Assembly: GCA_038883655.1 (NCBI GenBank)
Contig: JAVZLQ010000011.1
Coordinates: 1 to 10,871, forward strand
Length of the DNA: 10,871 nt
Reading direction: 5' to 3'
Source: Candidatus Bathyarchaeia archaeon
GTDB lineage: Archaea; Thermoproteota; Bathyarchaeia; Bathyarchaeales; Bathycorpusculaceae
Below are positions 1-7,797 of the stretch, in pieces. A model generated the notes under the pieces. That model saw only the letters and a program-made list of their open reading frames with translations. It did no database searches and had not been told where the DNA came from. A program made the translations under genes and the position numbers. Position 1 is the stretch's first letter; the number at the start of each line of letters is the position of its first letter.

Positions 1-491
1 AGAATTAGAAACAATGCAATCACTTTGTCCCAGAGAACCGCAGCTGGCACATAGTAAATTGGTATTGTATAGGCGTTTTCAGGACTAAATGGATCAAAAA
101 TTTGGCTATATCCAGTTAATGGTTGTGAGGGAGGCGAAAGAAGGAACACTAAAATTAACACTCCGAAAACGGCGAAAGCCCAGCGCCACTTTCTGTAATA
201 AATTAAACCGACTACTAGGGCATTTATGGGAGGAGACAAAAGAAAAGGAGCACCAAACGGACTTACGCTGCTTGGGGGTAAAATCCAAGACACAAATGCT
301 CCTAGAAAAGCTGCAAAAGCGCCAAGATATGGACCTAAAATTATTCCGTAAACTGAGGCGATTAATGCTTCAAGTTTTATTTTTAGGTCCGGGAGCCCTA
401 TTGCAGGAATATATGGTGATACTAGAGATAAGATGTAGTAAAGGGCTGCGAAAATGGCTACCAACGCAATGTGTCGTGTTGAAATTTTCAT
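1..491 (-). CDS. ECF transporter S component (substrate-binding membrane subunit), 3' end beyond the window edge
   Basis: Not in the ORF track; translated by hand. ATG at 491-489 and open to position 1: MKISTRHIALVAIFAALYYILSLVSPYIPAIGLPDLKIKLEALIASVYGIILGPYLGAFAAFLGAFVSWILPPSSVSPFGAPFLLSPPINALVVGLIYYRKWRWAFAVFGVLILVFLLSPP...AAVLWDKVIALFLI. It has the first-helix AxxxAL motif and the 'GIILGPxxGA' motif typical of S components, plus several hydrophobic segments. Confidence 0.85.
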   Translation of the reverse strand, partial: MKISTRHIALVAIFAALYYILSLVSPYIPAIGLPDLKIKLEALIASVYGIILGPYLGAFAAFLGAFVSWILPPSSVSPFGAPFLLSPPINALVVGLIYYRKWRWAFAVFGVLILVFLLSPPSQPLTGYSQIFDPFSPENAYTIPIYYVPAAVLWDKVIALFLI

Positions 492-502
492 TTAGAGACA
501 TC

Positions 503-552
503 CTGTGTATTTTTGGTAATTGCTGTGTATTTTTTTACACAACATTAATAAG
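503..552. promoter_or_regulatory. Divergent promoter region with direct repeat, palindrome and TATA-like element
   Basis: CTGTGTATTTTT occurs at 503-514 and 523-534 (20-bp period). Inverted repeat TGTGTA-N6-TACACA at 524-541. AT-rich TTAATAAG at 545-552. All lie in the 96-bp gap between divergent genes. Confidence 0.45.
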
Positions 553-587
553 TCTTTCCGTGCAAAATGACTGTAAAGGTGCATTAA

Positions 588-1541
588 TTGCAAACCTTTG
601 ACTCTGATAAGGCTACACGCATTGCCCAATGTTTAGAACTAGCCATACTGTTGGAGGTTAGCGCCGACAAACCCGGAAACGTTAACCTTGTAGTAGGTTT
701 CGAAGGCACTAATCATGTGCATTTCTTGACCTCAGCAGTTGCGGCAGCTCCCCTTTTTAGGCTAGCTGCTGAAAGGGGAATGAGTGCTTCTCGAGGCGAA
801 ATCAGCCTAAGCGAGGTTGGTGTTGGAACAATTATCCGCGATTGCATTGCAGAAATAAGTAGTTGGCAAAGTGGCGGAAACACTTTGCTCGGCACTGTTT
901 TGTTGTTTGTGCCTTTAGCTGCAGCCGCTGGCATGACGCCGATGGAAAAAAGTGTATTTGAAATTCCAGAGTTGAGGCGGAACCTGAAATTAGTTGTAGA
1001 GGCAACGACGCCTGAAGATGCCGTCGCCGTCTATGAAGCGGTTAAAATTGCTAAGCCCAGCGGGCTTGGAAAGGCGCCGGACTTAGATGTTAATGATCCC
1101 ACATCAATAGAGAGGATTCTTCATGAGCGAATTACCCTTTACAAGGTTTTCCAAATAGCGGCATCCTATGACATGGTTTGCTCGGAGTGGGTTAATAATT
1201 ACCAGGTAACCTTTGACTTTGCCTATCCAAGCTTGGTGCGGTGGCTTAAAGAGGATGGTGATATAGGGAAGGCTGTGGTTCATGCTTTTCTTGAGGTTTT
1301 GGCAACATACCCTGATACATTTATTGCCAGGAAAGTTGGCATGCAGAAAGCCGGTGAAGTTTCAGCCATGGCTAAAGAAGTTCTGGAAAACGGCGGCTTA
1401 AAAACCTCTGTTGGAAAAGAGAAACTGCGACTGTTTGACGCTGTTTTACGGTTGGACGGCAACAACCTTAACCCAGGCACGACGGCTGATATAATTGCCA
1501 CCGCTATTGCATTGGCAGTCCTTAACGGCTATAGGCCATAA
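588..1541 (+). CDS. citG: CitG-family (triphosphoribosyl-dephospho-CoA synthase-like) protein, archaeal / H4MPT-cluster 'Orf7' type
   Basis: Motifs LLEVSADKPGNV, GGNTLLG, PDTFIARK and C-terminal NPGTTAD are characteristic of CitG-family proteins. TTG start preceded by AAAGGTG (575-581). The true reaction is uncertain because no citrate lyase genes are present in the window. Confidence 0.85.
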   Translation: MQTFDSDKATRIAQCLELAILLEVSADKPGNVNLVVGFEGTNHVHFLTSAVAAAPLFRLAAERGMSASRGEISLSEVGVGTIIRDCIAEISSWQSGGNTLLGTVLLFVPLAAAAGMTPMEKSVFEIPELRRNLKLVVEATTPEDAVAVYEAVKIAKPSGLGKAPDLDVNDPTSIERILHERITLYKVFQIAASYDMVCSEWVNNYQVTFDFAYPSLVRWLKEDGDIGKAVVHAFLEVLATYPDTFIARKVGMQKAGEVSAMAKEVLENGGLKTSVGKEKLRLFDAVLRLDGNNLNPGTTADIIATAIALAVLNGYRP

Positions 1542-1576
1542 AGGCCCTGCAATACAAGATAGGTTAGGTTCTATTG

Positions 1577-1606
1577 GCCGCTTCAGCGGCAAAAACAATG
1601 TTTTCT
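1577..1606 (+). terminator. Possible hairpin/terminator after citG
   Basis: GCCGC-TTCA-GCGGC stem-loop at 1577-1590, then an A run and TTTTCT at 1601-1606. Short stem; function unproven. Confidence 0.25.
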
Positions 1607-1617
1607 CGTGGCTTAGT

Positions 1618-1637
1618 GAAGGGATAAATTAATTAGG
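1618..1637 (+). promoter_or_regulatory. Putative archaeal promoter (BRE/TATA-like) for the fwdDBAC-mch operon
   Basis: Purine-rich GAAGGGATAAA followed by TTAATTA (1629-1635), about 60 bp upstream of the fwdD ATG. SD-like GAGGT at 1683-1687. Confidence 0.4.
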
Positions 1638-1693
1638 ATTAAGGTAACTGTATGTAGTCTTCAAGAGCTGAATAAGTGGTTCGAGGTTAGCCG

Positions 1694-2101
1694 ATGGGTG
1701 AAAAACCTAAACTGAAGGTTACACTGTTAACGGGGCGCACAATAGAGCAAGGTGTTGGAAAAGAGCTTGGAAAAGCTACAAAAGAATATGCAGAAAGCGT
1801 CTCCATATGCTATATGGATCCTGAAGACATGAAAAAGCTCGGCGTAAAAGATGGAACAAACATTCAAGTTTCCACGGCTTTTGGTTCGGTTGTAGTGAAA
1901 GCCAAAAAATCTTTGAGGGCGCCCCACCCCAGCGTTATATATATTCCCTACGGGCCTTGGGCGAACGCTATTGTGAATCCTGAAACTCACGGTATCGGCA
2001 TGCCCTCTTTTAAAGGTGTGCCTGCCACCGTAGAGCCTGCCCCAGACAAGCCTGTTTTAGGCTTGGAAGAACTCCTTAAACAACAGTTTAGGAAGGGTTA
2101 G
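1694..2101 (+). CDS. fwdD: Formylmethanofuran dehydrogenase subunit D (molybdopterin dinucleotide-binding domain)
   Basis: 135 aa with LLTGRTIEQG, MDPEDMKKLG, IYIPYGPWANAIV and TxGxGMPSFKG motifs; lies directly upstream of subunit B. Confidence 0.93.
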   Translation: MGEKPKLKVTLLTGRTIEQGVGKELGKATKEYAESVSICYMDPEDMKKLGVKDGTNIQVSTAFGSVVVKAKKSLRAPHPSVIYIPYGPWANAIVNPETHGIGMPSFKGVPATVEPAPDKPVLGLEELLKQQFRKG

Positions 2102-2103
2102 AA

Positions 2104-3558
2104 GTGCAGGTTGTCAAAGCCGTAACGTGTCCGGTTTGTGGAAGCTTATGTGACGACATAGAGCTAACCGTAGAAAACGGCCAGATTGTTAAGGTTAAAA
2201 ACGGCTGCGCCATGTGTGAAGCCAAATTCCTGGGCCACCGTGGTGAGCATCGTATACTAAAGCCTCTGATTAGAAAGAACGGTGAACTTGTTGAGACAAC
2301 TCTCGAAGAAGCTGTTAAGCGGGCTGCAGAAATTCTTGCAGGTGCCAATTATCCTGTGCTTTACGGTTGGAGCAGCACAAGCTGCGAAGCCACAAGTGTA
2401 GGCATAGAACTTGCCGAAGAAGTTGGCGGCGTCATAGACAACACGGCAGTTGTCTGCCACGGCCCATCACTTTTAAGCGTTCAAGACGTCGGCATATCAT
2501 CGTGCACTCTAGGGCAAATCCGTCATAGAGCCGACTTAATCATTTATTGGGGATGCGACCCATGGAGCGCCCATCCAAGACATATTGAACGTTACACAGC
2601 CTTCTCTGAGGGCAGATTCGAGAAAAGTGCATGGCGAAACTACGTGGCCAAAATTAAAGCTCTCGTGGGTCGGAAGAAAATTCAAAGCACTGTTAAAAGG
2701 CTCGTCTTAAAAAAACCTCCGGAAATTAAAGCCCGACTAGAGCCTACTTTTATTCCCTCCATCATGAAGGAAGGCCGAAAACTCATAGTTATCGACGTTA
2801 GACGTACAAAAACAGCGGAGATGGCTGACTTCTTCGTCCAAGTGGAGCCCAACAAAGACTACGAGCTTCTGCAGGCTTTTAGGGCTCTAATTCGCGACCA
2901 AGAGCTTGAAGTCGACAGCGTCGCAGGTGTTCCCGTCCAATATTTGGAGGAGGTTGCCGATGCTATGGTTAACTGCGACTTCGGCGCGCTTTTCTTTGGG
3001 CTAGGCTTAACCATGAGCGGCGCCAAACTAAGAAATATTGACGCTGCACTTTCGCTGGTCCGCGATCTAAACATGCGAACAAAATTCATCATAATGCCCA
3101 TGCGAGGCCACTTCAATGTAACTGGCGCTAACACGGTGTTCACTTGGCAGACAGGCTACCCATACGCCGTAGACTTTTCACTGGGCTATCCGAGGTATAA
3201 CCCTGGCGAAACATCGGTTGTTGACGTGTTGCTGCGAGGCGAGTCGGACGCCGCCCTGATTGTGGCTTCTGACCCCGTCTCTAACTTTCCAAGAAAAGCC
3301 GCCGAACATCTTGTTAAGAATCCGCTTATCTACATCGGCCCACACATGGACGTTACAGCTCAAGTGGCAGATGTCGTGATTCCATCTGCTCTTGTAGGCG
3401 TTGAGGCTTCTGGAACAGCTTACCGTATGGACCACGTGCCCATACCACTCAAAAAAGTTGTAGACCCGCCAAAAGGAGTTTTGCCTGACGAAGAAATTTT
3501 GACGAGAATTTTGGCGGAGGTTAGAAAAATAAAGAGCGAAAAGGCGGAGGCGGCCTAA
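2104..3558 (+). CDS. fwdB: Formylmethanofuran dehydrogenase subunit B (W/Mo-bisPGD catalytic subunit, 4Fe-4S)
   Basis: N-terminal CPVCGSLCDD...C Fe-S motif. Metal-ligand motif VCHGPS (Cys encoded by TGC, not Sec). WGCDPWSAHPRH, PMRGHFNVTG, WQTGYPYAVDF and GTAYRMDHVP motifs. GTG start. W versus Mo cannot be told from sequence. Confidence 0.95.
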   Translation: MQVVKAVTCPVCGSLCDDIELTVENGQIVKVKNGCAMCEAKFLGHRGEHRILKPLIRKNGELVETTLEEAVKRAAEILAGANYPVLYGWSSTSCEATSVGIELAEEVGGVIDNTAVVCHGPSLLSVQDVGISSCTLGQIRHRADLIIYWGCDPWSAHPRHIERYTAFSEGRFEKSAWRNYVAKIKALVGRKKIQSTVKRLVLKKPPEIKARLEPTFIPSIMKEGRKLIVIDVRRTKTAEMADFFVQVEPNKDYELLQAFRALIRDQELEVDSVAGVPVQYLEEVADAMVNCDFGALFFGLGLTMSGAKLRNIDAALSLVRDLNMRTKFIIMPMRGHFNVTGANTVFTWQTGYPYAVDFSLGYPRYNPGETSVVDVLLRGESDAALIVASDPVSNFPRKAAEHLVKNPLIYIGPHMDVTAQVADVVIPSALVGVEASGTAYRMDHVPIPLKKVVDPPKGVLPDEEILTRILAEVRKIKSEKAEAA

Positions 3559-3559
3559 A

Positions 3560-5257
3560 ATGGAGCTTTTAATAAAAAACGGGTTTGTTTATGATCCAAT
3601 TAATGGTGTTAACGGCGAAAAAATGGACATAGCCATAAAAGACGGCAAAATAGTGGAAAAAGTTAATGAACGTGAAGCCAAAATAATAGACGCCTCCGGC
3701 ATGGTCGTCATGCCCGGCGGCATAGACATTCACAGCCACATAGCTGGCGGAAAAGTAAATGCTGGAAGGCTATTGCGTCCAGAAGATCACTTCAAGGACG
3801 TTGAACGGAAAACCGCTGTCACAAGGTCTGGGGTGGGCTATTCTATTCCATCCACGTTTACAACAGGTTACCGTTATGCAAGGATGGGCTGGACAACTGT
3901 TATGGACCCGGCCATGCCGCCGTTAGAGGCGAAACATACCCATGAAGAGCTCAGTGACACCCCCATTATTGATAAGGCTAGTTATCCGCTTCTGGGCGAC
4001 TGGTGGTTTGTGCTTGAATATCTGCGTGACGGCAAAATCGAGGAGTGCGCCCGCCACGTGGCTTGGATGATCAAAGCGACGAAAGGCTATGCCATAAAAC
4101 TTGTGAATCCAGGCGGGCTTGAGGCTTGGGGCTTCGGCCGCAACGTGGAAAGCATAGACGACCCAGTTCCTCATTTCGGAATTACGCCTCGTGAAATTAT
4201 CCGCGGCTTATGCAAGGTTAACAAACTTCTAAACTTGCCTCACACGATTCACGTTCACACCAACAATTTAGGCAAACCCGGCAACTATATAACTGCTTTA
4301 GAGACAATGAAATGCGTTGAGGACTTGGCGGAGGACGATAAACCAGCCATCCATATAACGCACTGCCAGTTCTGCGCCTTTAAGGGCGACGATTGGCGAA
4401 CTTTCCAGTCTGGAGCCGAAGAAATAGCCAACTACGTTAATGCCCACTCTCATGTTACGATGGACATGGGGCAAATTATTTTCACGGACACCACAACCAT
4501 GACGGCTGATGGTCCCTTCCAGTACACGCTTTACATGCTTAGCGGTAACAAGTGGACAAACCATGATGTGGAAACAGAGACAAGCGCTGGAATAGTTCCC
4601 TTCCATTATAAGCGGAAAAGCTATGTCCATGCAACACAATGGTCCATAGGCCTTGAACTCGCCTTGTTAATCAAGGATCCATGGAAAATCCTGATGACGA
4701 CAGATCACCCCAACGCTGGGCCTTTCATTGCTTATCCGCGGATTGTTGCTTGGCTAATGAGCCGAAAAGCCAGAGAAGCCACCCTCAAAAAGATTAACCC
4801 CAAAGCTAGGAGTAGAAGCCTCTTACCATCAATAAAACGTGAATTAGACTTTTACGAAATAGCCGTAGTAACTCGCGCCGGGCAGGCCAAAGCCCTAGGC
4901 CTAAAAAGCAAGGGCCATCTCGGTGTGGGAGCAGACGCGGACATAGCCATATACAATTTTAATCCGGAAACCATGGATCCGTCAAGGAAGTATAAGGCTG
5001 TTAGACGCGCGTTTAAGCGGGCTGCCTACACCATAAAGAGTGGACAAGTGGTTGTTAAGGACGGCGAAATCCTAAAGCATGTAGACGGCGCCACCATGTG
5101 GATTGACGTGCAACTATGCGAGCCATGTGAGATAGAGCTAAATGAAAACATGAAAAGACGTTTTAAGGAATACTGGACTGTAGAGTTTGAGAATTATCCA
5201 GTTTCAGAGGATTATTTGGCAATTTCCCGTCCAATACCCGTGAAGGCTGATGTGTAA
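3560..5257 (+). CDS. fwdA: Formylmethanofuran dehydrogenase subunit A (binuclear amidohydrolase)
   Basis: 565 aa with amidohydrolase ligands DIHSH, the carbamylatable Lys in AIKLVNPGG, IHVHTNNLGKPGN, HITHCQF and TTDHPNAGPF, plus KGHLGVGADADIAIY. Confidence 0.96.
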   Translation: MELLIKNGFVYDPINGVNGEKMDIAIKDGKIVEKVNEREAKIIDASGMVVMPGGIDIHSHIAGGKVNAGRLLRPEDHFKDVERKTAVTRSGVGYSIPSTFTTGYRYARMGWTTVMDPAMPPLEAKHTHEELSDTPIIDKASYPLLGDWWFVLEYLRDGKIEECARHVAWMIKATKGYAIKLVNPGGLEAWGFGRNVESIDDPVPHFGITPREIIRGLCKVNKLLNLPHTIHVHTNNLGKPGNYITALETMKCVEDLAEDDKPAIHITHCQFCAFKGDDWRTFQSGAEEIANYVNAHSHVTMDMGQIIFTDTTTMTADGPFQYTLYMLSGNKWTNHDVETETSAGIVPFHYKRKSYVHATQWSIGLELALLIKDPWKILMTTDHPNAGPFIAYPRIVAWLMSRKAREATLKKINPKARSRSLLPSIKRELDFYEIAVVTRAGQAKALGLKSKGHLGVGADADIAIYNFNPETMDPSRKYKAVRRAFKRAAYTIKSGQVVVKDGEILKHVDGATMWIDVQLCEPCEIELNENMKRRFKEYWTVEFENYPVSEDYLAISRPIPVKADV

Positions 5258-6084
5258 TGAATGTGAATCTCTACCCCATAAAAGAGTTCAAACTACCTAT
5301 TGTGGCAGAATGCATAAACCCAGACGTTTTCAAAGGTAAAAGCCTAAAAGAAGTCGAAGCCCTAGAAGTCTGGGAAGGAAACAAACAGAAAAGACTAGGC
5401 GAACTCTTCAAGGTGGAAGGGGAAAACGTTGAAGGCGCCAAGGAAGCCCCTGTGATAACTGTTCATGGCGATGTTAGCCGTGTTAGGCGAATAGGCGCCG
5501 GCATGAAAAGCGGCGAAATCGTTGTTAAGGGCGACGCTGGTATGCATTTAGGCGAGGAAATGCGGGGCGGAAAAATAACAGTTTACGGCAACGTTTTAGG
5601 CTGGGCTGGCTCCATGATGAAGGGCGGCACAATAGAGATTTACGGCAACGCTGGCGACTATTTGGGGTCTCCTTACAGGGGCAGTACTGAGGGAATGAAG
5701 GGCGGAAAAATAATAGTGCATGGAAACGTCGGCCGTGAAGTCGGAGCCCACATGAAAAAGGGTATAATCAAAATCTATGGTTGTGCTGGACAATTTGTGG
5801 GCTTCCGCATGAGAGGCGGCACAATCTACGTGCAGAAAGATTGCGAAGCGAGAGCCGGTGCATGTATGGTGGATGGTACCATAGTGGTTGGTGGTCACAT
5901 AGAGTCAGTCATGCCCACTTTCACTATTGAAGGTTTAAGGAAGAAAGTCAAAATCGAGGAAAGCGAAGTTGTCGAGACACCCTTCTACCTTTTCATAGGC
6001 GATTTGACTGAAAATGGTCACGGAAGGCTTTTCGTCGCCAAAGGACCGAATCCTCATCTAAACCATTATGAAAGATTTCTTTAA
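5257..6084 (+). CDS. fwdC: Formylmethanofuran dehydrogenase subunit C (GXGXG beta-helix)
   Basis: Repeated GxxMxGGxIxVxG units (MRGGKITVYG, MKGGTIEIYG, MKGGKIIVHG, MRGGTIYV) and the GSPYRG motif. TAATG overlap with fwdA indicates translational coupling. Confidence 0.95.
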   Translation: MNVNLYPIKEFKLPIVAECINPDVFKGKSLKEVEALEVWEGNKQKRLGELFKVEGENVEGAKEAPVITVHGDVSRVRRIGAGMKSGEIVVKGDAGMHLGEEMRGGKITVYGNVLGWAGSMMKGGTIEIYGNAGDYLGSPYRGSTEGMKGGKIIVHGNVGREVGAHMKKGIIKIYGCAGQFVGFRMRGGTIYVQKDCEARAGACMVDGTIVVGGHIESVMPTFTIEGLRKKVKIEESEVVETPFYLFIGDLTENGHGRLFVAKGPNPHLNHYERFL

Positions 6085-6100
6085 GTAGAGAGGGCAAATC

Positions 6101-7063
6101 TTGTCGAAAACCGTTTTAAGTGTAAATCGTTTGGCTTGGAAACTTTTAGAAAAGCTATGTGAAAACCCTGAATATTATGGTGTAAAAGTTGAAAATAGAA
6201 ACGGCGCTATAGTGGTGGACGCAGGCATAAACGCTAGAGGCGGCTTTCAAGCTGGCAAAATAATAACGGAAATCTGCATGGGTGGATGCGGAAAAGCACG
6301 TATAAGCTGTAGCCGATATGGCGAACTTGAGCTTCCGACAATATTTGTTTACACAGATCATCCGGCTATAGCCACTTTGGGTTCACAGTTTGCGGGTTGG
6401 AACATCAAGAATGGCGATTACTCTGCTATTGGCTCCGGACCAGCTAGAGCCATAGTCCAAAAACCGAAGGAGATCTATGAGCGTTTGGGCTACAAGGACG
6501 AATGCGAGAAAGCTATAGTAGTTTTGGAAACCGACAAATACCCGCCGGAAACGCTCATAGAGCGCTTAGCCCGCGACTGCAAAGTGGAAAAGAAAAATCT
6601 AGCTATAATATTGACGCCGACAGCAAGTGTCGCCGGCGCCACTCAAGTGGCTGGCAGAATTGTTGAAACTGGGATTCACAAGCTTGAGAAGCTTGACCTT
6701 GACCCTAAAATGATTCTTCACGCTTGGGGGTACGCTCCCATACCGCCAACTCACCCAAAGTTTATTAAAGCCATGGCGAGAACTAATGATGCCATCCTTT
6801 ATGGCGGAGTAACCTATTATGTAGTGGATTGTGAAAACGAGGAGGCCTTGGCGAAAACTGTGGAAAAGGCACCATCAAAGGCCTCTGAGGACTATGGTCA
6901 TCCATTTCTTGAAATTTTCAAGGCAGCAGGCTACGACTTCTATAGGATAGATCCAAATATTTTCGCGCCAGCAGTTGTGATTGTTAACAACTTGAGAACC
7001 GGAAACACTTTCAAGGCTGGAGACATAAACCTGAACGCTTTGAAAGAATCTTTTGGTTTCTAA
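6101..7063 (+). CDS. mch: Methenyltetrahydromethanopterin cyclohydrolase
   Basis: 320 aa with N-terminal SVN, ICMGG, SQFAGW, GSGPARA, QVAGRIVETGIHK, RTNDAILYGG and FYRIDPNIFAPA motifs typical of Mch. TTG start 16 bp after fwdC. Confidence 0.94.
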   Translation: MSKTVLSVNRLAWKLLEKLCENPEYYGVKVENRNGAIVVDAGINARGGFQAGKIITEICMGGCGKARISCSRYGELELPTIFVYTDHPAIATLGSQFAGWNIKNGDYSAIGSGPARAIVQKPKEIYERLGYKDECEKAIVVLETDKYPPETLIERLARDCKVEKKNLAIILTPTASVAGATQVAGRIVETGIHKLEKLDLDPKMILHAWGYAPIPPTHPKFIKAMARTNDAILYGGVTYYVVDCENEEALAKTVEKAPSKASEDYGHPFLEIFKAAGYDFYRIDPNIFAPAVVIVNNLRTGNTFKAGDINLNALKESFGF

Positions 7064-7070
7064 TCAACCA

Positions 7071-7682
7071 TTAATTAGTATGTTTGGAGACACTCGCGGC
7101 AGCTTTTTGCGCTCCGAGGAATCTTGAGACGAAATCTTTGAACCCATTGTTTCCGTTAAGAGCTCCCATTAAAAGGCTCATAACAAATATTTCTACCCAA
7201 GCTTTTGAAATAACTATTGGTATCATGAATTCCATAACGCGGCCATAGAAATATGGCACCAGATAGCGGAAATATGTTATAGTGAAGATACACTCTGGAA
7301 TATACGAAGCAAGTATTACTGGAATCGTTAATGTGGAGGACTTGGAACGGCTGTTTACGCGTAACGCTTTGTAAAGGAGGCTGGCTGTTAAGCCTGTCAA
7401 AGCCTTTCCGGAAGGCACTCCGATAAGCGACAGAAGCCCGAGGGAGCCCATAACATAGCCGAAATAGTATCCGGCGTAAATGCCGCTTATAAATCCAACG
7501 ATAACACCTAAGGCTGGGCCGCCGAATATAGCTGCGGTGAATGTTGCGATGTGGGAAAAGTCTAAAGCAGCGCCGCCTTGACCTACCGCTGCGAAAATTG
7601 GAGCAATATTCAACGATATAACTGAAAGGAGCAGGCCTAAAGCGCTCATGAGAGTAGCGAAGGTTATTTGTCTACTGTTCAT
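7071..7682 (-). CDS. ECF transporter S component (RibU/PanT/FolT-like fold), substrate unknown
   Basis: 203 aa, about six hydrophobic segments. N-terminal 'RQITFATLMSAL' (AxxxAL) and 'LDFSHIATFTAAIFGGPALGVIVG' match the S-component pattern. Convergent with mch, 7 bp between stops. Confidence 0.75.
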   Translation of the reverse strand: MNSRQITFATLMSALGLLLSVISLNIAPIFAAVGQGGAALDFSHIATFTAAIFGGPALGVIVGFISGIYAGYYFGYVMGSLGLLSLIGVPSGKALTGLTASLLYKALRVNSRSKSSTLTIPVILASYIPECIFTITYFRYLVPYFYGRVMEFMIPIVISKAWVEIFVMSLLMGALNGNNGFKDFVSRFLGAQKAAASVSKHTN

Positions 7683-7698
7683 TTATCTCACACTGTCC

Positions 7699-7765
7699 AA
7701 TCGCTTTAAATCGCTAATTATTTAAGAGTAACTACTCAAAAATGAGTATTCAAGAAATAAATATA
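7699..7765. promoter_or_regulatory. Divergent promoter region with overlapping palindromes
   Basis: Minus-strand TTAAATA TATA-like box at 7719-7725. GAGTA-AC-TACTC (7726-7737) overlaps TACTCA-AAAA-TGAGTA (7733-7748). AATCGCT direct repeat at 7699 and 7709. Plus-strand AAATAAATATAA around 7755-7766. Confidence 0.45.
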
Positions 7766-7797
7766 ATTTCTGCCCATTCAATTGTTGGGAAAACGAT

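Noticed and set aside
89-601. 170-aa plus-strand ORF (and the 106..288 minus ORF) from the track
   Set aside because: Both are shadows of the real minus-strand S-component gene (<1..491, a different frame). They have no recognisable motifs, and the long one runs across the promoter region.
2449-2466. Possible selenocysteine form of FwdB, with the 1577-1590 hairpin as a SECIS element
   Set aside because: The metal-ligand codon is TGC (Cys) and the ORF has no in-frame TGA.
2599-2775. FwdB insertion as an intein or bulge-helix-bulge intron (flanks GCCTTC/GAAGGC and GAGGG/CCCTC can pair)
   Set aside because: Far too short for an intein and lacking the terminal His-Asn junction. The pairing does not form a canonical 3-4-3 BHB, and short complementarities like these are expected by chance.
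5480-5900. Repetitive GGCGG/ATGAA pattern in the DNA
   Set aside because: Explained by the GxxMxGGxIxVxG beta-helix repeats of FwdC; not a CRISPR array or DNA repeat element.
713-6361. Many short minus-strand ORFs (60-113 aa) inside citG, fwd and mch
   Set aside because: All lie antisense within well-supported genes and show no motifs.
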